Positions 29,598-37,592 of a DNA stretch of 64,000 nt are shown here, one piece after another; the first letter of the stretch is position 1; every line of letters begins with the position of its first letter. Origin of the DNA: Pseudomonadota bacterium (lineage in GTDB: Bacteria > Pseudomonadota > Gammaproteobacteria > Burkholderiales > Burkholderiaceae_D); assembly GCA_023422955.1 (NCBI GenBank), contig JAFAGG010000004.1, forward strand, positions 17,476-81,475. The letters are read 5' to 3'. The position numbers and the translations under genes are program-made. The notes under the pieces are model-generated. The model had not been told where the DNA came from, did not search any database, and saw only the letters and a list, made by a program, of their open reading frames with translations.

Positions 29598-30970
29598 GCT
29601 GGTGCCGTTGCCTCACTCAAGGGGCGCGCATTCGCCTCCCTGTCGCTGGCGACCTGAAAGCGCGGCGCATAACGGAAGAAGTCGATAATGAACAGCAAGA
29701 CCCCTATCGCAAAAATGGAACCGGTGGCGACCAGCATCAGGAAATGCACCTGGATCTTCAACTGCGTATCCAGATAGCCCAGGCCCATGATGCGCTCCAG
29801 GTAAACCTGGCCGATGCCGGCGGTCGCAAACGACAGCGTCATGCCGAACATGCCGGCCAGCTGCATCCAGAATGCGAGGTAGCCCATGGTGGTGCCGCCT
29901 TCGCGCCGTCCCGGCGTGATCGAGGGCAGCGCATAGGTGATCATCGCCATCACGATCATCGCATAGGCGCCGTAGAACGCGGCATGACCATGCATGGCGG
30001 TAATCAGGGTGCCGTGTGTCCACTTGTTCACGGAAGGGAAAGTATGAGCCAGGCCCAGCAGGCCGGCGCCGAACAGCGTGAACACCGCGCTGCCGACCGC
30101 CCAGTGCAACGCCAGGACATTCGGATGAGACATGCCCGAGCGGCGGATCGCCGAGTAGGCGTAGCCGGCCATTACGACCAGCGCCACCGGTTCCAGCGCG
30201 CTGAAGAAGCCGCCGATAGGCAGCCAGTAGGCCGGCACGCCAACCCAGTAATAGTGATGAGCGGTACCCAGGATGCCGGCGATGAAGACCAGGCCGACAA
30301 TCACGTACAGCCACTTCTCCATCACTTCGCGGTCAGCGCCGGAAAGTCGGATCAGCAGGTAGGCCAGGAATGCGCCCTGGATCATTTCCCACACGCCTTC
30401 CACCCACAGGTGGATGGTCCACCAGCGGTAATAGATTGCGACGGTGTAGTTTTCATAGTGCAGCAGCGCCGGCAAATAAAGCAGCGCGGCGCAGCCCACA
30501 CCCAGCAGCAGCACGCCTTCAGTGGTGGTGAAGCGGCCGGACTTCCTGATGGTCATGCCGATGTTGTACAGGAAGATCAGCATGCAGATCACGATGACGA
30601 TCTTGTGCGGCAGCGGCTGCTCCAGCAGCTTGTTGCCGGTACCGTAGCGGAACAGGTAACCGATGATGGCGGTCACGCCCATGATGACCCACAGCACCAG
30701 CTGCACGTAAGCCAGCTTGACGCTGTAGATTTCGGTGCGCGATTCATCCGGCACCATCCAGTAGGTCGCGCCCATGAAGCCGGTCAGCACCCACACGATC
30801 AGCAGGTTGGTATGGATCACCTTGGTGACGTCAAACGGCAGGATGTACAGCAAGGGGTCGGGCCCCAGGTACTTGGCGGCGGATAGCAGCCCGAATACGA
30901 TTTGCAGGCCGAACAAGGCCATGGCAACGGCAAAATACCAGTACGCGATCGATTGGGATTTGTAGCGCAT
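29594..30970 (-). CDS. norB: Nitric-oxide reductase large subunit (cNOR NorB)
   Basis: Collinear with Pseudomonas NorB as I recall it: VIHTNLL, HLWVEGVWE, GTAHHYYW, SALEP, AMHGHAAFYGAY. Confidence 0.92.
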   Translation of the reverse strand: MRYKSQSIAYWYFAVAMALFGLQIVFGLLSAAKYLGPDPLLYILPFDVTKVIHTNLLIVWVLTGFMGATYWMVPDESRTEIYSVKLAYVQLVLWVIMGVTAIIGYLFRYGTGNKLLEQPLPHKIVIVICMLIFLYNIGMTIRKSGRFTTTEGVLLLGVGCAALLYLPALLHYENYTVAIYYRWWTIHLWVEGVWEMIQGAFLAYLLIRLSGADREVMEKWLYVIVGLVFIAGILGTAHHYYWVGVPAYWLPIGGFFSALEPVALVVMAGYAYSAIRRSGMSHPNVLALHWAVGSAVFTLFGAGLLGLAHTFPSVNKWTHGTLITAMHGHAAFYGAYAMIVMAMITYALPSITPGRREGGTTMGYLAFWMQLAGMFGMTLSFATAGIGQVYLERIMGLGYLDTQLKIQVHFLMLVATGSIFAIGVLLFIIDFFRYAPRFQVASDREANARPLSEATAPA

Positions 30971-30984
30971 GAATAACTCCCTGA

Positions 30985-31857
30985 TTACTTAAGCGAGGCA
31001 AGATAGGCAGTCAGCTGATCCAGCTCTTCTGCCGTCATGGACTTGCCATAGGTGTTGGGCATGAAGGACACGCCATTGGCCGAATACATCGCGCCCGGAA
31101 TCAGGTGGGCGCTCGGCTCAACGATGGCTTCCTTGATATACCCTTCCACATCTTTTGCCTGGCCTTTGTAATCCGGCGCGGCAATGATTTCCGCCGCGCG
31201 GGCGCTCAAGCCCGCCAGGGTGGGGCCGGCCATGTTGACGCCCGGTGCAATCGAGTGGCAGGCATTGCAGGCAGGCGTGGCCGAGCGGAAAATGCGTTCG
31301 CCCAGTGCAATCGGATTCTCCTGCCCTGTCAGAGGACGCGCACCGGGCGGCGTAGCAGCGCTTTCCTTGGATTCGCCTATAGACTGGCCCTGGCGCTCGG
31401 CAGAGAAGTCGGTGCCGGGGATGGAGGCGCCGGTGACGAGAATGGGACGCGGCGGCCAGCCCTGATTGTCGACCTTGCTGACCCAGTCCAGGAATGCGAT
31501 CAGATTGACGATTTCCTCTTCGCTCAGATTCTGCTGCGGCATCAGGCGGCGGTGCCGTTGTTCGTCATAGAACTGGGACGGATCGCGCATGTAGGCCTTC
31601 AGATATTCCTCGCCCCTCAACTGGGTGATCTTGGTGAGGTCCGGTGCGTAGTAAGCGCCCTCACCGAAAATCGTATGGCAGTTGATGCAGTTGTACTTGT
31701 GCCAGACATTCTGGCCGTGCTTGACTTCCTGTGTGATGTTCTGGGAATTGGTAAGCTCCGGAAACTGGCGGTGGCTGTCCAGCGTCAGGACCAGGAATAC
31801 CAAAGCGGCCAGCGCGGTGGAGGCGATGGCGAACAGGCGGGTTTGTCTTTTGTTCAT
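30985..31857 (-). CDS. norC: NorC (cNOR cytochrome c subunit) fused to a second C-terminal class-I cytochrome c domain
   Basis: Residues 1..~145 match NorC (TM anchor, CINCH, RRLMPQ, WPPRP). A Pro/Gly/Ser linker is followed by a second CNACH domain with an FMPN Met candidate. Confidence 0.85.
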   Translation of the reverse strand: MNKRQTRLFAIASTALAALVFLVLTLDSHRQFPELTNSQNITQEVKHGQNVWHKYNCINCHTIFGEGAYYAPDLTKITQLRGEEYLKAYMRDPSQFYDEQRHRRLMPQQNLSEEEIVNLIAFLDWVSKVDNQGWPPRPILVTGASIPGTDFSAERQGQSIGESKESAATPPGARPLTGQENPIALGERIFRSATPACNACHSIAPGVNMAGPTLAGLSARAAEIIAAPDYKGQAKDVEGYIKEAIVEPSAHLIPGAMYSANGVSFMPNTYGKSMTAEELDQLTAYLASLK

Positions 31858-31867
31858 GGCGATCCTC

Positions 31868-31978
31868 TTACACGCCTATGCCGGCCCAGTACTTGACCGA
31901 AATATAGGCGGCGTAAATCATCGCGACTACCATGAGCAGCACGACGACATAGCTGAAGATTTTCAGGGGTCTGTACAT
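31868..31978 (-). CDS. 36-aa single-TM ORF immediately upstream of norC (below the ORF-track cutoff)
   Basis: Hand translation gives MYRPLKIFSYVVVLLMVVAMIYAAYISVKYWAGIGV. The stop lies 10 nt before the norC ATG, with GAGGAT in between. Confidence 0.45.
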   Translation of the reverse strand: MYRPLKIFSYVVVLLMVVAMIYAAYISVKYWAGIGV

Positions 31979-32124
31979 GAATGACCTCGCTTCGTTCTTA
32001 TGAGGGTGATGAAAAAGGAAAAGCAAACGCTCCTCGTCCACGAAATGGTGAGGAGCTTGTCAGCAGGGGAACGTACCGAAGATACCATTCGTATCCGCAA
32101 GGTAATCTCATGATAAAGAGACCT

Positions 32125-32138
32125 TTGCAATACATCAA
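32125..32138. promoter_or_regulatory. Degenerate FNR/DNR-like box TTGCAatacATCAA upstream of the nor operon
   Basis: Two mismatches in the left half; about 150 nt upstream of the small ORF start. Confidence 0.3.
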
Positions 32139-32485
32139 TAACTTTCTGCCAAGACGTGAAGCCCGAGCCACACTTTACAGAAAATGCCTGCCACTCCCTG
32201 CTCCTCATTTCATGATTACGGCCAGGCCAAGTGTGCATACTTTCTTTCTTGGAAAGCAGTAAAAATTCAGGGGGCAATATTCATTTGCCCACCCTGCCCG
32301 CCTTAATAATGAATACCGGCAAAAGGAGTTTGATACGCATTGGTTTTTTTTCAGATGCGTGACGCTTGCTTCTTCGTCTGGCTATAATCGCCCGTGAACC
32401 TTCGCGTTACGGGTTGCCCTTTAAGGAATTAAACATGTGATGATGCTGTCCCTACCAACGGACACATCCTGTTATGGAGAATGAC

Positions 32486-32794
32486 ATGAAAGCTTTGTTG
32501 ATCGCGACCCTGGCAGTGGGCGCCGTGGTTTCCACGCCTGCACTGGCCAACCTTGAACTGGCGAAAGCCAAGAACTGCATGGCCTGCCATAGCGTCGATA
32601 AAAAAGTGCTGGGCCCCTCTTACAAAGAGGTGGCGGCCAAATATGCCGGACAAAAAGATGCGGAAACCTATCTGGCGCAGAAGATCATGAAAGGCAGTTC
32701 GGGCGTATGGGGCGCAGTCCCGATGCCACCGAATGCCAACGTCAGCGAAAAGGAAGCACGCGAACTGGCGAAGTGGACGCTGTCGCTCAAGTAA
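32486..32794 (+). CDS. Periplasmic class-I cytochrome c (c551/c552-like)
   Basis: Signal peptide, CMACH haem motif, VWGAVPMPPN Met-ligand region. A GGAG SD precedes ATG 32486, and the ORF opens at 32474. Confidence 0.88.
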   Translation: MKALLIATLAVGAVVSTPALANLELAKAKNCMACHSVDKKVLGPSYKEVAAKYAGQKDAETYLAQKIMKGSSGVWGAVPMPPNANVSEKEARELAKWTLSLK

Positions 32795-32903
32795 TCCCTT
32801 CCTCTGCGGCGCGAAGCTGAATCCGGCTTCGCGCTTTTTATTTGCCTGCCATCCTTGACCACGGGATGCGCATCCTCTTCTACGTCCCGCTTTCCTTGCC
32901 CTC

Positions 32904-33275
32904 ATGAGTTATTACGCCATCAAGCATATTCACATGCTGACTGCCGTCATCACCGGCGTACTCTTCCTGTTGCGCGGCTGCTGGATGATCACGGGCTCCT
33001 CACTGCTGCGGCAACGATGGACGAGGATAGTCCCGCATGTGAATGACACGGTGCTGCTGGCAAGCGCGATCACCATGGCGGTATGGAGCGGCCAGTATCC
33101 GCTTCAGCAGCACTGGCTGACGGCCAAAGTGCTGCTGCTGATTGCCTACATCGTCGCCGGCACAATAGCGCTAAAGCGCGGCAAAACCCGGCCCATAAGA
33201 ATCACGGCGTTTATTCTTGCGCTAGTCTGTCTCGGCTATATCTTCAAAATCGCGCTGACACGCCAAGTACTCTAG
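32904..33275 (+). CDS. SirB/YchQ-family small integral membrane protein
   Basis: 123 aa, 4 TM segments, IKHIHMLTAVITG...HWLTAKVLLLIAYI pattern. Confidence 0.7.
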   Translation: MSYYAIKHIHMLTAVITGVLFLLRGCWMITGSSLLRQRWTRIVPHVNDTVLLASAITMAVWSGQYPLQQHWLTAKVLLLIAYIVAGTIALKRGKTRPIRITAFILALVCLGYIFKIALTRQVL

Positions 33276-33483
33276 CTGCCTGCTTTTCAAGCAAAGCCTC
33301 GCATTCCTGGCCTGATGCACGGGGCCTTCGCCCGCTCATACTCCAGTCCTCAAGCCATTTCTCAGACATGTCGCTCTGATACGGACACGGCTCAAAATAT
33401 ATTTCCATTTGCAAAACATCCCATATCACCATTACTTCCATATCTATAATTTGTTTCCCGAAAAATAAGCATAAGGAAACAAG

Positions 33484-34077
33484 ATGCCCCACCTCGATTG
33501 CCATTGCTCTGCCGCCCTGCCCGCTGCTCCACGCCGCAAGTTCCTCAAGTTCGCCGCGCTGGGAGGCGGCGTCAGCCTGTTTGCCGGCGCATCGCTGTTT
33601 TCCCGCGCCCATGCGGCGGGCGGCACCGATGCCTTGCTGCTTAGCTGCATGGATTACCGGCTGATGGATGAAGTCGAGCAGTACATGTCTGGCCGCGGCC
33701 TGCGAAACAAGTATGACCACGTTATTCTTGCGGGTGCAGCACTGGGCGCGGTCACGGATAAATTCCCCGCCTGGAACCAGACCTTCTGGGAACACTTGGA
33801 TGTGGCGATCAAGCTGCACAACATTCGCCAAGTCATCGTCCTCGATCATCGCGACTGCGGCGCCTACAAGGTCATACTCGGCCCGGAACATGCGAAAGAT
33901 CGAAATCTGGAAAAGCAGGTGCATGCCGCCCAGTTGCACAAGCTCAAGGGCTTGATAGGCGAGAAGTATTCGAAACTGGAAGTGGAACTGCTACTGATGG
34001 GGCTGGACGGGCAGGTGGAAGTGATAAACGGGAAGACGCCGGCTGACGGTAAAAACAGGCCTGCCGCCAGGTCGTAA
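33484..34077 (+). CDS. Tat-signal protein with a beta-carbonic-anhydrase-like zinc-site signature
   Basis: RRKFLKF twin-arginine signal with an AHA cleavage site. CxDxR (SCMDYR) and HxxCG (HRDCG) motifs. An AAGGAA SD is present. Confidence 0.55.
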   Translation: MPHLDCHCSAALPAAPRRKFLKFAALGGGVSLFAGASLFSRAHAAGGTDALLLSCMDYRLMDEVEQYMSGRGLRNKYDHVILAGAALGAVTDKFPAWNQTFWEHLDVAIKLHNIRQVIVLDHRDCGAYKVILGPEHAKDRNLEKQVHAAQLHKLKGLIGEKYSKLEVELLLMGLDGQVEVINGKTPADGKNRPAARS

Positions 34078-34100
34078 GAATATTTCCGTAGCTCAGCCAG

Positions 34101-34131
34101 GGCATGCTCCGTACGCGGCAGCATGCCTTTT
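34101..34131 (+). terminator. Rho-independent terminator after the beta-CA-like gene
   Basis: GGCATGCT-11 nt-AGCATGCC followed by TTTT. Confidence 0.65.
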
Positions 34132-34227
34132 GCGCTTGCAACGCCTGCGTCCTTCAGGTGCAAGACTGCCTGCCATCATGAATACTCTCGTCGCTGGCCG
34201 ATGCCGGAACTGCTGCGGTGAGCAGGC

Positions 34228-37200
34228 TCACTTCATAACGCGGCCCAAGATGTCAGCCAGGCGCGCCAGCTCCACCGGCTTGGTGAAATGATGATCGAAA
34301 CCGAGATCGGTAAAGTGCTGCTGGCCCTGGCCATAGCCGGTCACGGCGACCAGCATCGCTCCCTCAGTTTCAGCTTGCGCGCACAGGTGGCGAGCCAGCT
34401 CCACGCCATCCATGCCGGGCAGGCCGATGTCGAGCAGGAATACTTGCGGGCGCTCCGTGCGCGAGCGGGCCAGGGCCGTTCTGGCATCGTGTTCGACGAT
34501 GACTTGATGTCCTAGCGCTTCAACCAGCGCCGCCAAGGTCATTGCCGCATCCACATTGTCATCGACCACCATGACTTTCAGCACATGCGCCGGCGCAGCC
34601 GGCACGGGCGGCAACTGGTGCAAGACGCTCTCGCCCTGCCCGCCCAAATAACGCAGCAGCAAAACGCTGAACCGGCTGCCCTTGCCCGGGCCGTCGCTAT
34701 GCGCGACGACCTGGCCGCCATGCAATTCCACCAGGCTCTTCACCAATGCCAATCCTATTCCCAGCCCACCCTGCGAACGGTCCGAGGTACGCTCGCCCTG
34801 GGCAAACATGTCGAAAGCGCGACGCAGCACTTCAGCCGACATGCCCATACCGTTATCGGTCACATCGATTCTCAGGCAAGCACCTTGTTCCTGTATGCCT
34901 ACCGAGATGCGGCCCGGCTGCAGCGTGAATTTCGCTGCGTTGTTAAGCAGGTTGGTGACGGTTTGCACCAGGCGGTTATAGTCGCCCAACACCAGCGCCG
35001 GCTCGAAGGGGCTGATAGTGAGTTCATGGCCGCGCGTTTCCATCAAGGGTTTAACCTGTTCCACCGCATCGGACAACACGCGATTGAGATCGGTCGGCTG
35101 CTTGTCCAGTGTAATCAGGCCGCGCGTGACACGCGACACATCCAGCAGATCTTCTATCAGACTCGCCATGTGCCGCACCTGGCGCGCAATGATGGCGCTT
35201 GCCTGGGGCACGCACGACGCCTGCTCGTCCTTGTCCTTCACCGTCATTTGCAGCAGATCGGCAGCGGCGCTGATCGGTGCCAGCGGATTACGCAGCTCGT
35301 GCGCCAGCATGGCAAGAAACTCATCCTTGCGCTGGCCTGCATCCCGCAAGGCTTCTTCCGTCCTGATCCGATCGGTGATATCCATCTGGGCAACGACGCC
35401 GCCGATAATGCTTCCGGCGGCATCGCGAATCACTGCACCCGACATCATTACGATACGGCGTTCATCATGCATCTCGCCGAAAGGCGCGATCTCGATGATG
35501 TCGCGGGTTGCCTCCTCTCCCCGCAAGGCGCGCGCCATCGGCCAATCTTGCCGCTGCAGCGCTTGCCCATGCCGCTCAGAACCATCGGCCCACCATCCTT
35601 TCCAGTCGCCCTGGGTTGCCTCCTCCTGCGAAATATGAGTATGCCTTCCCCATAACTGCTTGGAAGCGGCATTGGCTTCGATGATGAATCCCTGCGCATT
35701 GCCGACAATCACGCCTACCGGCGTGGCCTCCAGAACAGCCGCCAGCCGCCGGCGCTCGGCCTCGGCAAGATAAGCCGCATCGCGCGCCGCCGTCTCGCTT
35801 GCGCGCAACGCATCTTCATAGCGCTTGCGCTCGGTAATGTCCTGCACCGTGCCCATCAGGCCCACGATCTCGTCGCTGTCGTCACGTATGACTTCGCTTT
35901 TTACGCTAATCCAGATCAGGTAGCCATTGCCATGATTGCCCTGCAACTCCAGGTCAAAACCCTTGCCTGTTTTCAGTACCTGCTGCAGCGCGGCCGCGAC
36001 GCGATCCCAGGATTCTTCGGTCAGCAAGGTGCCGCGCTGCTCGGAAAAAGGAGGCAGCGAGCGCCCGAATATCCATGCCACGGATTCCGAATTGTGAATT
36101 TCACCGGTCTGAAGATTCCAGAACCAGGTACCGAACTTACCCAGCTGATGAGCCTCCTTCAATTCGGCTTCCCGCGCTTTCAGCGCCGTCGAGCGGGCTT
36201 GCAGCAATTGCGATGCAGAATGGATCGCCATGCCCACCTCTTCAGCTTCCCGTATGGTGGTGCTCACCTTCGGTGCCGGCTCGCTGCGCCCGAGAGCGGT
36301 GGCCGCCTCCGCCAGCATTCGCATCGATGCGGCAATCCTGCCTCCCATCATCCATGTCAACAAAAATCCGGCAGCAAACAGAACCGCCATGCCCGCCGCC
36401 AGCAGAGAAAGGCGGCGTCTCAGTCCTGCCTCCAGTTCCTCGCGCGGAATGCCGATGGCCACGCCCCAGCCGGTGATCGGGGAGCGGCTATGAAAAGTCA
36501 GCATGGGCATGCTGCCCTCCGCATTTCTTTCGAGTACGGATTCACCGGCGGCGCTGAGCGATTCGAATAATTCGGGCGGGGCACGCTTACCGACAAAACG
36601 ATCAAGATCGGTATTGCGGCCGAAGATGATGCCATTGGGGTCCAATGCAGTAGCCACCCAGCCCGGCGGCAAACTCTGCATCAACAGTATGTCGCTGATA
36701 TAGCGGGGAGAAATGCTCAGGCTCAGTGCGTACTTGGCTTGCTTGTCGATCAGCACGGGAGCGGTGACGCTGACGACCGGCTGTTCCATTGCACCGCTCA
36801 TGAAGACTTCGGAAATCTGAGGCCTGCCGCTTTCGAACACGCGCTCCACATGGGCAGACTGTTCCAGCCTGGGAAGATCCTGGCCGAAGTCCACCGAGGT
36901 ATCGATAAGCCGGTGTCCATTTCTGCCCCATAACACTATGCCGGGCGTCAGTCCGCCAACTGCCACGATTTCCTGAGCCTTCCTGTGGAAAGTGGCAAAA
37001 TCCCGGTACCTGAGCGTCTCCGAAGCTGCCAGAGCCTGCGCTATCGCTTCCACCTTTGACAAGTGATTATCGATGGCTTGCACCAGAGCGCGAGCAGTAT
37101 GAAGGGTATTCAGTTCCAGTTGCGCGCGCCCTTCCCGATACTGGTAAAGGAACAGCGCGCCCGCACCCAGGATACCGGGCAAGAGGCAGGCCAGTACCAA

Positions 37201-37269
37201 TGCAACCAGATAAGTCCGCACCGAACGTTGCGGCGACCGGGTCTCGTTATGGCGGGATGGACTATGCAA
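34228..37269 (-). CDS. Hybrid sensor histidine kinase (periplasmic Cache-like domain, HAMP, three PAS, HisKA, HATPase, receiver)
   Basis: 1013 aa. H-box FLAMLAHELRNPL, N/G boxes, C-terminal REC (VVDDN...DIGLPGMDG...TGYG). Confidence 0.9.
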   Translation of the reverse strand: MHSPSRHNETRSPQRSVRTYLVALVLACLLPGILGAGALFLYQYREGRAQLELNTLHTARALVQAIDNHLSKVEAIAQALAASETLRYRDFATFHRKAQEIVAVGGLTPGIVLWGRNGHRLIDTSVDFGQDLPRLEQSAHVERVFESGRPQISEVFMSGAMEQPVVSVTAPVLIDKQAKYALSLSISPRYISDILLMQSLPPGWVATALDPNGIIFGRNTDLDRFVGKRAPPELFESLSAAGESVLERNAEGSMPMLTFHSRSPITGWGVAIGIPREELEAGLRRRLSLLAAGMAVLFAAGFLLTWMMGGRIAASMRMLAEAATALGRSEPAPKVSTTIREAEEVGMAIHSASQLLQARSTALKAREAELKEAHQLGKFGTWFWNLQTGEIHNSESVAWIFGRSLPPFSEQRGTLLTEESWDRVAAALQQVLKTGKGFDLELQGNHGNGYLIWISVKSEVIRDDSDEIVGLMGTVQDITERKRYEDALRASETAARDAAYLAEAERRRLAAVLEATPVGVIVGNAQGFIIEANAASKQLWGRHTHISQEEATQGDWKGWWADGSERHGQALQRQDWPMARALRGEEATRDIIEIAPFGEMHDERRIVMMSGAVIRDAAGSIIGGVVAQMDITDRIRTEEALRDAGQRKDEFLAMLAHELRNPLAPISAAADLLQMTVKDKDEQASCVPQASAIIARQVRHMASLIEDLLDVSRVTRGLITLDKQPTDLNRVLSDAVEQVKPLMETRGHELTISPFEPALVLGDYNRLVQTVTNLLNNAAKFTLQPGRISVGIQEQGACLRIDVTDNGMGMSAEVLRRAFDMFAQGERTSDRSQGGLGIGLALVKSLVELHGGQVVAHSDGPGKGSRFSVLLLRYLGGQGESVLHQLPPVPAAPAHVLKVMVVDDNVDAAMTLAALVEALGHQVIVEHDARTALARSRTERPQVFLLDIGLPGMDGVELARHLCAQAETEGAMLVAVTGYGQGQQHFTDLGFDHHFTKPVELARLADILGRVMK

Positions 37270-37396
37270 GATGGCGGATGCAAAAAATCGGAAGGCCTAT
37301 GCTAGCACCCGCACCGTAACCGTGTTTGACCCGGCAGGACTTCCCGCCATACATTAGGCCTGCCACAAGGAATCAGGCTTGCAGTCAGGATGCACG

Positions 37397-37431
37397 CTTC
37401 TTTTCCTGCGCACCCTTCTTTTCCTGCGCAC
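37397..37431. repeat. 18-bp period tandem duplication CTTCTTTTCCTGCGCAC x2 in the divergent promoter region
   Basis: Read directly; the 17-mer is identical in both copies. Confidence 0.7.
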
Positions 37432-37508
37432 GCTTCGCCAGCGCATTACCGGGATTTCTGAAAGAGAAGCAGACCTGGCAGGCACTGCCATTTCACAGGC
37501 ATGAGTGT

Positions 37509-37517
37509 TGCTATAAT
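37509..37517 (+). promoter_or_regulatory. Extended -10 promoter element TGcTATAAT upstream of the DUF2868-like gene
   Basis: Perfect TATAAT with a TG at -15/-14, about 75 nt upstream of the TTG start. Confidence 0.45.
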
Positions 37518-37592
37518 CAAAATTCCCTTCCCGTCAGCATTGCGATGCAAGACGACTGACGCAAACCTCTAATACCATCGCAAGGATAAAGC

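Noticed and set aside
32330-32343. FNR-like sequence TTGATacgcATTGG upstream of the cytochrome c gene.
   Set aside because: The right half-site is poor. Its distance to the TGACGC-17-TATAAT promoter (centre near -58) fits neither class I nor class II FNR spacing.
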